Part shown: in pieces, positions 36,898 to 47,823 of the stretch
Layout: every line of letters begins with the position of its first letter
Numbering within the stretch: position 1 is the first letter of the stretch
Assembly (NCBI RefSeq): GCF_018977255.1
Contig: NW_024704743.1
Location: forward strand, 31,870,001 to 31,934,000
Direction of reading: 5' to 3'
Length of the DNA: 64,000 nt
Source of the DNA: Callorhinchus milii
Taxonomy: Eukaryota
Position numbers and translations under genes: made by a program
Notes under the pieces: generated by a model
What the model saw: only the letters and a program-made list of their open reading frames with translations
What the model was told of the DNA's origin: nothing
Databases searched by the model: none

Positions 36898-38440
36898 ACA
36901 ACAAGATTCCATTTATAAAGCGCCTTTCACATCAGGAGGACGTCCCAAGGCGCTGCACAGTTGGGTCAGGACCCCAGCAGGGGGGAAATGGTCAGGGTGA
37001 GGGGAGGGAAGGGAGGGAGTGAGGAGGGGGGAAATGGTCAGGGTGAGGGGAGGGAAGGGAGGGAGCGAGGAGGGGGGAAATGGTCAGGGTGAGGGGAGGG
37101 AAGGAAGGGAGGGAGCGAGGAGAGGGAAGAGAGTCGAGAGGGGAGCTGAAGGCTCGGTCAAAGTGAAAGGTTTTGAGACCGGCCTTGAAGGAGGAGAGGG
37201 AGGAGGCGGCGAAGGCACTGGGGGATGGAGTTCCAGAGCCTGGCGGCTGAGAGACTGAAGGCCCGACCACCGATGGTAGGGCGATTGGGGCGGGGGACAT
37301 GGAGCAGACCGGAGCCGGAGGAACGGAGGGTACGGGCAGGTAGGTAGGGGGATAGTAGGTCAGAGAGGTAGGAGGGAGCAAGGCCGTGGATAGCCGTATA
37401 GGTGAGGATGAGGATCTTGAAATCAATCCTCTGGGGGATGGGGAGCCAGTGGAGGCGAGCGAGGGTGGGAGTGATGGGGTCCCGAAGCCTGGTGCGGGAC
37501 AGTACACGAGCTGCAGAGTTCTGAATGACCTGCAGCTTGTGGAGGGAGGTGCCGGGAAGGCCGGCGAGGAGAGAGTTCCCATAGTCCAGCCTTGAGGTGA
37601 CAAAGGCGTGGACCAGGGTTTCAGCAGCGTGAGGGGTGAGGTAGTGCCGTAGTCTGGCGATGTTCCGGAGGTGATGGAAGGCGGTGCCAGTTGTGGTGCG
37701 GATGTGAGGGAGAAAGGACAGCTCAGGGTCGAACAAAACGCCGAGGTTCCTGACTGGCTTTGAGAGGTGGAGAGTGCAGCCTTGGATGCTGATGCTGTCA
37801 GCGCCTGAGGTGCGGAGGCGCTGACGTGAGCCAATCAGGAGTGCCTCGGTTTTTCGCACGTTGAGCTGAAGAAAGTTGTCTCTCGTCCAGGACTCGATGT
37901 CGGACAGGCTGTCAGGACATCGGGGGTCGTGGAGTTGAGAGTAGAGGAGGAAAGGTAGAGTTGGGTGTCATCCGCATACATGTGGAAGTTAACTCCATGT
38001 CTGCGGATGATGTCACCGAGGGGGAGCATATAGAGGGTGAAGAGGAGGGGACCGAGGACAGAGCCCTGAGGGACACCACATGAGACAGTGCGGGGGGTGG
38101 AGGAGAAGCCATTTGTTGAGACAAAGTGAAGACGGTGAGAAAAGTACGACCTAAACCACTCAAGGACAGTGCCTTGAAGGTTGAGGTGGGAGGACAAGCG
38201 GTGGAGGAGGATAGCGTGGTCGACCGTATCGAATGCTGCCGATAGGTCGAGGAGGACGAGGAGGCAGAGGGAGCCCTGGTCACAGATGGTCAGGATATCA
38301 TTGGTGACCTTGACCAGGGCAGTTTCTGTGCTATGGGCAGCACGGAAACCTGACTGAAGGGGTTCGAATAATGAATGGGTGGAGAGGAAAGAGCGCAGTT
38401 GGGAGGCGACAACTCTTTCAAGGACCTTGGACAGGAAGTA
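36898..38440 (-). pseudogene. Young 5'-truncated L2 LINE: ORF2 reverse transcriptase (frameshifted) plus 3'UTR
   Basis: [58 protein letters not shown]; frameshift at ~37910; continues [33 protein letters not shown]; second shift at ~37207; three 46-bp 3'UTR units; (ttg)n tail. Confidence 0.97.
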
Positions 38441-39389
38441 GGAATTAGGTTGCGCGTCGATTGGCATATAACTTTCTGGGGGTAATAATGTGCTATATCA
38501 ATTGCAAGGATTATTATTATTGTTATAATGCCTTCAAAATAAATAAATTATAATATTCATTTGGTCACTCAATCCACGACTTGATTGTGGGACACTGCTG
38601 TGTGCAATTGGTTGTCGCGATTCACTCACAAAATACAGTTAATTCACTTTACAGAATATTCTGTGAAGCACTGTGAGATGTGTCAACGACATGATAAGGC
38701 GGTATATCAAATGTAAGAATTATATTATTATTTCAAATATTTTATGATTCCATAGATTTTGCTTCACCACATTTATAAATAAGTACATTTGATTGAAGAT
38801 ACAAAAGATTGCTCAAATAAAACATAACAACTTGGAGAACAAATACCACAGAAATTAAATTCAATAAATGCCCAATATTCTTTTGTTTGAGAACATAACG
38901 AGAACTAATACTAAACAAACTGAAGAAATCAATCTACAGCCTTCTTTGTCTGTGTTTCTCTATATCTGTGATTGCAGTCTCTATGCAAGGCTCTTTGTCT
39001 CTGGGAATGTATTTTATCCCCAGTTCTCTCGCTCACCTCTTTCCTTTCTCTTATCTTTCTGTGCCATTTTTCATCTTTATTAGTAGGCATATTCAACCTG
39101 TATAGAATCTAAGCTAATGACTGTGCATCTGTTAAAAGCAAAAACATGTCAGTGAGGAAAAGTCAGTGTGACATTAAAATATCACCAGCCAGACCTAATT
39201 TCCTTCTTTGTATACACAATATAAAGTGACAACTACCAGACGCTTCTGCTACTGGTGCACCATTCAGCTCTGATCAATAATCTCATTTTTCCAGATTTGG
39301 AAAATTGGAGGACAGCAGGGTTTCTTTGAAGCTGAACTGGCTCCCAAGTAATATGCCTGGCAATAGAAGATCAGAATCGAATTGACCCT

Positions 39390-39520
39390 TTGTGGTGTCC
39401 TCAGTTCCTGAGCCAGACAGGTCCACATTACTCCAAGACATTGTTGATGATGGGCCAGCCATCCTGGTTAATTTGCAGGTCTTGGAGGAGCAGACACCGA
39501 GGGCATGGATTCTTACTTCG
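39390..39520 (+). mobile_element. Family X copy F (5' part, opposite orientation)
   Basis: ttgtgg...cattgttgatgatgggccagccatcctggtt...cttggaggagcagac...gcatggattctt resembles the reverse complement of 7470-7612. Confidence 0.6.
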
Positions 39521-39546
39521 CAGCTCCAAAGTCTTAACAGGTAGCG

Positions 39547-39838
39547 TAATAATAATAATGATAATCCTTATATTTGATATAGCGTCTTATAACGTCATTC
39601 AGATGTCTCAAAGCGCTTCACAGAATATACGGTCAGTGAGGAAAAGTTTTTTAAAGGGATTATTACCCACAGAAAATAATCCACCAATCGACTAACAACT
39701 GGGTTCCAATTTACTGCTAGGTAAACAAAGGAGTGTGGAGTAAGGAAACTTGCCTAAGGTTTTGCTCTGCCCGGGAATCAAACCCGATTCTTCTTGCTTG
39801 GAAGGAGAATGCTCTAACCAATACACTACAGGACTCTG
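39547..39838 (-). mobile_element. tRNA SINE, long subfamily, internally deleted
   Basis: Tail, Meta-like block and head are present; most of the Deu-like body is missing. Confidence 0.85.
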
Positions 39839-42800
39839 GACTAGTCTTAGTTAGATGAGCCATGAGAATTTCAATGGCAAGTTGTGTGTTTTACATTGGC
39901 TAAACTCCAGTGCAAAAATTGCCTGGGATTAGACAAAAAGGGCGCTTGGGCAATTTTCTCTGATATGGAGTGTGCACTCTCTCATCTCTCACACTCCATA
40001 TCAGATAAACGCAAACCAAACATATTTTTGGAGTTCTCAGTAGTCTGGTTAGAGTCTGAATTCATAGTGATGGGTTGCCACTTAAACGAGCAAAACAAAA
40101 GGTTTATGTCATTTGAAAAATTAGGCAGGAAAATAAAAGCACTTTAAAATTTAGAAACGCAATTGAATTCCTTATTGAACTTACTGACACAAGCTCCCTG
40201 GAATGCCTATTCCACATATTCACTGTTCTCTGTGCTAAGTAATTACATTTGAATTGCTTGTTCACCTCCCTCTTCTGAGCTTGAGTTCACATGCCCTAGA
40301 TTTTTGTGATTCTATGCTTGTCTGTAAATTCACTGAACAGTGTTCAGTATATTTATAGTTTTAAGATCTGGAATAATCTAATAAAATCTATCCCGAGCTT
40401 CCTTTTCTTTAATGCAAACATTCCCAAATTCCATACTCACTCTTTGTAACTCAGATGCCAAATTCCATCTTTTAATCCAGCTGCCCTTTGCTCTATTCCC
40501 TTCCAGTGCCAAGAGCTTGATTCTGTGATGGGAGGAACGAAGGGTGAGAATTCTAGAAGGATGAGATCAAATGGACCAAAAACGCCTTCTTCATCCAAAC
40601 AGGAACGGATGAGGGAGACACCATTCTTCGGAGTCAAGGGGGTAAGGGTGCCCAGATCCTTGTCCTTACCTTCAAATACGTCCATGGTCTTGTTCTACCT
40701 TACCTCTTTGACCTTCTCAAATGTACCTACCTGCTCCCTTTACTCGGTAGTTTTCAGCATGCTTCATCTCATCTGCCCTACCTGACCCACCATTGCTGTT
40801 TGGGCTTTCATCTTACCTGCCTCCACTCTCTGGAACTCCATCCCGGAGTTCATCCAACTTGCACCCTCCCTCGCCTTTTTCAAGGTCCATCTCAAGACCC
40901 TTTTTGACCACACCTTTGATCATCTTTCTCCTCCCTTCCCCTCTCAACTCCCACCAACAACTGTCAAGCACATTGGGAACAGAAGAACAGTGGGTTTGAA
41001 ATAAGGGGATAATTTGGCCTATGGAAATGCCTTCTTACAGCACAGATCACAGAAATGCATCTATTGACCCATTATTCTATATCAGTCTTTGTTTCTCCAA
41101 GAAATACTTCTATCGTATCACCCCTCAACCTTCTATGATCCAATAGAAAGAGTCCTAACTTCCCTAGTTGCTCCAGTCACTCCTCAAAGCATTATACTAT
41201 AATTTCAGGTGTCACCCTCATAAACCTATAATACTGCCTCTCCAGAGCCCTAATAACCTTTCTATAATATGACACCTGAATCTCCACTCAATATTCCAGC
41301 TACAGCCTAACCAATGTTTTATACAGAGTTACCATCTACAAGCATAGTGCAAATTGTATAACTCTGCTATTTGCAGTTCTAACACCTTACTTGCTGCATC
41401 ATTGTTAGAATTTCTCTATGTCAGCACTGCACTTTTGCAGAAAACCTTTATAATATCACCTTGCCCTCAGGTGCACATGATCCCTCACTTATACCTTATA
41501 TCTGTGTGCTTCCCTATAATTTGTTCAATTTATTCCAGGCATCTTGCCTGGCCCTCCTGAAATACATGTATACTTAAAAAGCCTGAAATTCCTGTTCAAT
41601 GAAGATACTTTTCAACCCTAATAATGCTCCTTATACACCGTCACATAAGTGATCAGCATAATGCATTGCTCAATATTCATTTTTCTACAATACACCCCAG
41701 TTAAGATAACATTCTGAAACAATACTGCAATATTTCCTAATACTTTCCATCCTAAAACCACACAGAATTTGTATTAATATTTAAATTGTTAAATACATAA
41801 GTGAACAAATACATACATAAACAAACATACACATACATACATAAATAAAATTCAATTAGCATAACTGCATGGAGCTGCAATGCCCCTTTAGCTGGGAGGA
41901 TTTAAATCCTCTCAAAAGTTGAGCCCATTTGACATGTGTGGCATGTTCAGCATTGGTCACCTTATCTGAGGCTCTGAGTCAGTTCACCTCACCACTGATA
42001 AAATATTGCACATCGGTGCCAGAGCCGATTAATCAAACAAACTATCACACTACGGAGCAAACGTAAATGAAAAAGTTCGACCAATTTTTAAAGTCAACAG
42101 GCCATTCCTTCAGGTTTAGAAATGGATGAATGTGTCACACTTTGCCTGCCACCTAAACAGTAATGTGTGCACTTGGAATGCTGAGTCTGATTCGGGGCGA
42201 GTGCTTATCCTTCCGGCTACAAAGAAAGCAATGCTAGGCATCCTGAGGGTTTATTGGTGCTTGTGCCCAAAGACATGTCCAAGGTCGCAGCTACAGTGGG
42301 ATCTGTGAGGTTTCACTGCTGATACCATAATTGATTCATTGGTTTTACAGCTATCCTGCTAGAATCCAGGCACATCCCAGCAAACGCAAGCTGAAATCTG
42401 ACACATTGATTTCCCCAAAGATAATCGCGAAACCCAAGGGCTCAATGTGATCATCCCTGTAAACAAGATACTTTCTGAAACCAGTCTGCAAAATTTCAAC
42501 AAGCTGCTTGTCCAACTAGGCGATATTTTAACTGGTATATTCTGTACGGCACTCACTCATTCTCAGACTCTGTGTTTTTCAAAGCTCAAATCACTCTCCC
42601 CCACCTCCCACCCCCGACCCCTCCACCCCCACCAGCAGTTCAGATAATTTTTCTCTTACGCACTTGTTTTAGTCTCTGGGGGAAATCAATATTTTTTCTG
42701 TGTTTTGCAATGTATTTCAGCTTACCTCTCACTTAAGCAACAGATCACCTTCTCCATTATGTGTCTCTGTCTGTTGGTCTATTTTTCTTTCTCTGTCAGG

Positions 42801-43739
42801 CTATTTGTTTGAACCATGAGAGTATACCCCCTATGGTCATGGGTTTAAAACTAACAAACTTAATGGAGGCTAGCGAACAGCTGGATTTGTTATTTCTACA
42901 GAGAAGTGACTGTTCCGCAACAGACTCCTGACATAATTTCTAAATAATAATAACAATAATCCTTGTATTTGATATAGCACCTTATCACATCTTCGAGACC
43001 TCTCAAAGACCTTCACAGAATATACTGTAAAGTGAATAGACTGTATATTTTGTGGGTAAAACAAAATAAAGGATTTGACACTGCTCGGTAGAAATTTCAT
43101 CTAGGTCTAAATTTACTTTATTTACACAACATTTCAGAGTCCAGAATTTTTCACATTTTTGAATACAGTCTTTAATTTTGAAGTCAGTTTTCTATAGATA
43201 TCTATTAAGAACTACGAAAAGGGACTTTAACGTTAAAACTTAATTCAACAATTTGCCGAATTCTTCATCCTTTAAAATAATAATTCTTTCATTTGATACA
43301 GCACCTTATCACATTCAAAATGTCTCAAAGCACTTCACAAAATTTTACTGTGAACTGTAGTGACTCTGATTTGTAGGATAATGCAGCAGGCAAACAATGT
43401 CCCACAAACAGCCCTAAAGTGAATGACCAACCTTATCTGGCAAACCAATCTTAACAGGCAAAGTGGACATTGGTTTAACATCTCTTTTGAAGAATGGCAC
43501 CTTCATGAATAAAAAAATGGTCATTCATCTCATGGATGTTTATGGGACATTGCTGTGTGCAAATTGGCCACTCCTCCTTTTAGCTCCAAAATACATAGTG
43601 ACTGTAAACCCTGTAAAGCACTTTGAAATGTTCTCCTGACATGAAAGGCACTGCATCAAATGCAAATATTTTTTATTGTTTATTATTATAAAATAATCCA
43701 ACATTGCAAATATGTTATAGCTTGTTTTGAAAGTGAAGG

Positions 43740-44070
43740 GTAACTGGGAAACATAATGGATTAGCACACAGGCCTTTAATCTCTTGGGCGTGGGTTTGAA
43801 TCCAGCCCAGATAAGTGAGATAAATGACTCTCCTCTAGTTATTGACTGTGAGTCCTTAAGCACCATGAATTTAGGAAATCTCAGCACAGTTCACAGTGAG
43901 AGTGTATAGCAGCAACAAAAAAATCAACCTAATTTGGCATTAAATTGGCAATCTTACTCAGAGAAATCTTAGGAAGGATTAAATGTGCCACACTGATGAA
44001 GACAGGGGTGTTCTTCACACAGAAGCATCTTAGGGGGCTACCAGCAAAAATACCTGTGCCATAAACAACA
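43740..44070 (+). mobile_element. LF-SINE-like ancient SINE
   Basis: ggcctttaatctcttgg..gggtttgaatccagcccag / atgaattt..tctcagcacagttcacagtg / ttggcattaaattggca / ctcagagaaa..aaggattaaatg; block order follows the LF-SINE consensus as I recall it. Confidence 0.6.
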
Positions 44071-44115
44071 ACTATGTGCTCTTATATAAGTGCTACCTCC
44101 AGGGAAGCTTCTATA

Positions 44116-44350
44116 CATACCATAGTCACAGGATTTTGGCTCGGACCTGAAATCTTATTAGAGCAGAAGTCTCGCAGAAGTCTAGCAACCCTGCTTTCAT
44201 GTAGTCAAGAAACTCAAACTATTTTACAGAGATGGAGTGGGAAGAGGGACTGTTATCTCCAGGATTTATCCCTGTAAGCTATGCAGAGTTGTGAGACTTC
44301 TGCTCTACTAAGATCTCAGGTCTGAGCCAAAATCTTGTGACTGTGTGAGG
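44116..44350. mobile_element. Fold-back MITE with 53-bp inverted arms
   Basis: 44124-44176 versus reverse complement of 44290-44342: 48/53 identical; TA at 44114-44115 and 44351-44352. Confidence 0.75.
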
Positions 44351-44361
44351 TACAGTAGGTA

Positions 44362-44700
44362 CCTGTAGCTCCGTGGTCCTGTAGCTCAGTGGTTAGAGCA
44401 CTCGCTTTGCAAGTGAGAAACCTGTGTTCATTTCCAGGCAGGTCAGGGCGAAACCTTGGGCAAGTTTCCTTACTCCACTCGCCTAATAATAATCCCTCCA
44501 AAACAAAAAACAATAATAAATTGGTCATTTTCAATCTACGACTGTTTGTGGGACATTGCTGTGCGCAATTGGCTGCCGCGTTCGCCCACAAATATACAGT
44601 CAATTCACTTTACAGTATATTCTGTGAAGCGCTTTGGGACGTCCTCCCGACGTGAAAAGCGCTATATCAAATGCAAGGATTATTATTATTATTATTATTA
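44362..44700 (+). mobile_element. Young tRNA SINE, short subfamily, with a 16-bp duplicated 5' end
   Basis: Near-identical to 3246-3577; cctgtagctcNgtggt occurs twice at 44362-44393. Confidence 0.95.
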
Positions 44701-44984
44701 CAGAGGATTCCCTGGAGATAACGCTGTTTGTATCACAGACATTTTTCCCTGTGGTAACACAGTAGTTATATCACTAAAGCACTTTTGTAGATGCCACCTT
44801 TGGCGTGAGTTACAGAGAGCTTTACTCTGATCCCATGCTGAGACCGGGTGCCTGAAATGGAAGGTGTCACACTACCCAACACTAATTCTCACCATGGTAA
44901 GCTGAAAAGCTCATCTGAAAAAAATGCTTTAAACATGATCATTATGGTGAGTGTAGACGTATTTCCGATTATAGCTGCAAACTG

Positions 44985-45243
44985 CTAAAACTATTAGGTT
45001 TTACCTGGTTTAAAATCCAGTGCACACTCTAGACTTTTCATGTCTTGGGTTTCGCCAACACGCACCTGACACTCTCCAGGATAAGATAAGCAATATGTGT
45101 TCCTCCAGGGAGAGAGTGGCAGACACAGGGAAACCTGAATGCTTAGATAGCATACATATGTGGAGCTCTCAGTCTGGTTTGGATACTCTCAAGTACGGCA
45201 ATAGGTTTCTGCAGGTGTCAGGCACCCGGCTGATCAGAAAAAT
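44985..45243 (+). mobile_element. Family X copy G (3' half, opposite orientation)
   Basis: ...cctccagggagagagtgg...gagctctcagtctggtttggatactctcaag...gtgtcaggcacccggctgatcagaaaa. Confidence 0.8.
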
Positions 45244-45929
45244 CCCAGCCAGCCAGACAGCCAGCATGTGAAGGCTGGTCTTTGTCTCTGTCACTTTAAT
45301 GGACGCTAGGTATCCTCATGTTTCAAAAGAAATGGAGAAAACATACATTCTAGAGAGAGGTTTATAGAGGGCACCTGTGCTAACATGACATTTTGTTAAT
45401 ATTTCAGCAGTGATGAATTTTGAATGCAGGCTTAATGGAGATCCTCTTAAGAATGCTGTTGAAGCTTTAATAGTGCCTAATGAGTAAATGGAATGCTGGT
45501 TCTGTCAGCTCATTAAATGTTCCTTTTCTACGCAGGAACTAATCAAGAGCTTACATTTAAAACCACGAGCGGTGCCTTTCAGTGACGTGCAGCACAAAGT
45601 GTTAAGACTCCTCTGGGAGCCCTGTCACTCACCCCTGGTTAACATTGTCTGCTCTCCGAAGGACCTAGGTCAGATCATTCGCATTCAAACCTGTAAAGCT
45701 GGTTACAAGTATACTTTTTGAAATTAGTTGCTTAACCGTGATCAGACGGGCTGGAGATCAAACAGAATATTCCTCAGTGCAGATACCACTATCTGACTGG
45801 GTGTTGGGGGGGACACAACACCAATAACTCCAGCCTATTTATTTCTATTTGATTGCACATCTTCACATTTACATCTGTATAGAAACATTCCATAATGAGG
45901 TGACCAAACAGTAGATACACAAACAACAG

Positions 45930-46430
45930 TGAAATGCTGGAAATGTGAAATACAAACAGAAAAATGCTGGAAATGTACTGCATGTGGATCATGATCTGAA
46001 ATAATGATAATAAAAATAATAATTCTTGCATTTATATAGCACCTTATCACGACTTTGAGGCATCTGAAAGTGCTTCCCAGAACATACTGTAAAGTGAATT
46101 TTGTATATTTTGTGCACAAAACTCGTGCAGCCAATTGCGCACATAGTGTCCCACAAACAGTCGTGGATTGAAGTGACCAATTTATTATTATTATTTGCTT
46201 GAAGGAATTATTACCCCAGAAAAACGATCCGTCCATTGACTAAGAACCAGGTTCCCACTACGAGGTAAACAGAGGCGTGTGGAGTAAGGAAACTTGCCCA
46301 ACATTTTGCCCTGCTGGGAATCGAACCCAGGTTTCTCCCTTGTAAGACGAGTGCTCGAACCACTGAGCTACAGGACTCCACAAGGAGAAAGACAGGTTAA
46401 CAATTCTGGTGTGACACTTCATAAGAACTT
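45930..46430. mobile_element. Penelope-like terminal-repeat relic split by a SINE (46000-46381, minus, long subfamily)
   Basis: aaatgctggaaat..aaacagaaaaatgctggaaat..atctgaa|SINE|ggagaaagacaggttaac..cttcataagaact; a related inverted-arm element lies at 53853-54025. Confidence 0.55.
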
Positions 46431-47149
46431 GAATGATTTGGCTGCAGAGGCCCTTTCATAGCGTAGAGAAGGGCAAGTAGGAGAAGATCAGGAAAGGAAA
46501 GGCATTAAGATTAAATGAGTAACAACTATTAACCATATCCACATAAGAGGGGTTGAAGAGCTATCAATAGTGTGTAGGGTCTAGACAGGCTTTGAAAGGT
46601 TGTATAAGCACAGAGGAGACAAGAGAGGGTGAGGTGGGAAAGAAGAGAAGACCGAGCTGGCTTCAATTGATTTCTCCCGGTTTCAATCGTTTCCAATCCA
46701 TTGCCAAATCGTTAATTCTCCCTTGAATTTACAGACACAAGCTTTCTTTGTCTTAATTTAGGATTTTCAGCATTTTGTTTTTTTTTTTCCACTAGGAGCA
46801 AAGTAGGTTTGGGTATATTCTTTTTGGTCAACTGCATGTCTGACACATATGGAAATACATCACTGTGCTTAAGGGAATATCAACCAGACTGAGAGTTCTA
46901 CATATATATTTTGGGTATTCTAAAAAGCAGTGCAAATGGAAAAAAAAATGATTGCTTTGATGTGATGTCGTCCCATTTCCTGCTGTATTAACAATATCAT
47001 TGTTCTATTTAAGACCATGCTCTGTTTATGCCTTAATTAATAATCAGACGATTCGATCATGTGATAAGACCCTATATCAAATGGATGGATTATTATTATA
47101 TTACATTTCCCAGTTCCGCTTGTAACTTGTTTAGTACAGTAATACTGTT

Positions 47150-47575
47150 AATAATAATAATCCTTGTACTTGATATAACTCCTTAGTATGTTATCCAGAT
47201 GTCCTAAAGCATCTTACAAGATTTTTTACTGTGAATTGTAGTGACTGTTTATAGGAAAATACAGGAGGCAATTTCATAAAGCAATGTCCAACAAACAACC
47301 ATGATGTGAATGACCGAAAATTATTTTTATCTGGTAGATTGTTGGCCAAGATACCGAGCAAAACTCTTTTCAAGCAGTGCCATGGGATCTTTAATCTTCA
47401 ACTAAATAGGCAGGCAGGACCTCAGTTTTAACGTCTTGTCCAAAGGGGGACACCTCCAGTAATGCAGCACCCCTCCAGCATAGCTCTGGAATGTTATCTT
47501 AGTTCCAAGTCCCAATGTAGGGTTTAAAATTACATCTGACTCCTTAGGCAAAAGTTCTACTACATGAGCTAGATT
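47150..47575 (-). mobile_element. Old DeuSINE-like element
   Basis: Reverse of the 24574-25070 blocks. Confidence 0.78.
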
Positions 47576-47641
47576 GGAGCCTGTTTAGTACTATACACTT
47601 GATCAGTTCACGACTTTACTTCACCATATTTCGTCTCTAGA

Positions 47642-47823
47642 CACTGGTGGTAAACCTCTATGTTCGGTCAACAAAGTAAACTTCCTTAATTGAATATTTC
47701 TTGATTTATGCCTTATATCAGAAAAAGCTGAAAACACATTATTGATCGAATATGACTTACCTAGCCTCATGCAAAAGTTCAGGGGACCACTTCCGGACCC
47801 CGGCCACAGGTTGGCCCCCACTC
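47642..47823. mobile_element. hAT-like MITE (TIR approx. cagtggtggccaa)
   Basis: Ends cactggtggtaaacct and aggttggcccccactc; inverted copy at 55454-55664; short deleted copy at 22458-22549. Confidence 0.65.

Noticed and set aside
36992..37834. 280-aa Ser/Pro/Thr-rich ORF, and other ORF-track entries overlapping SINEs or L2s
   Set aside because: These are alternative-frame or antisense readings of C-rich L2 and SINE sequence; the same peptides recur at every repeat copy.
42421..42534. 114-nt symmetric exon candidate (NRETQGLNVIIPVNKILSETSLQNFNKLLVQLGDILT)
   Set aside because: Weak splice sites (aag acceptor, gtatat donor), no recognisable protein, and overlap with a possible Penelope relic.
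45633..45690. Minus-strand exon with a strong gtgagt donor
   Set aside because: 58 nt with stops in all three frames; at most a non-coding exon, with no other support.
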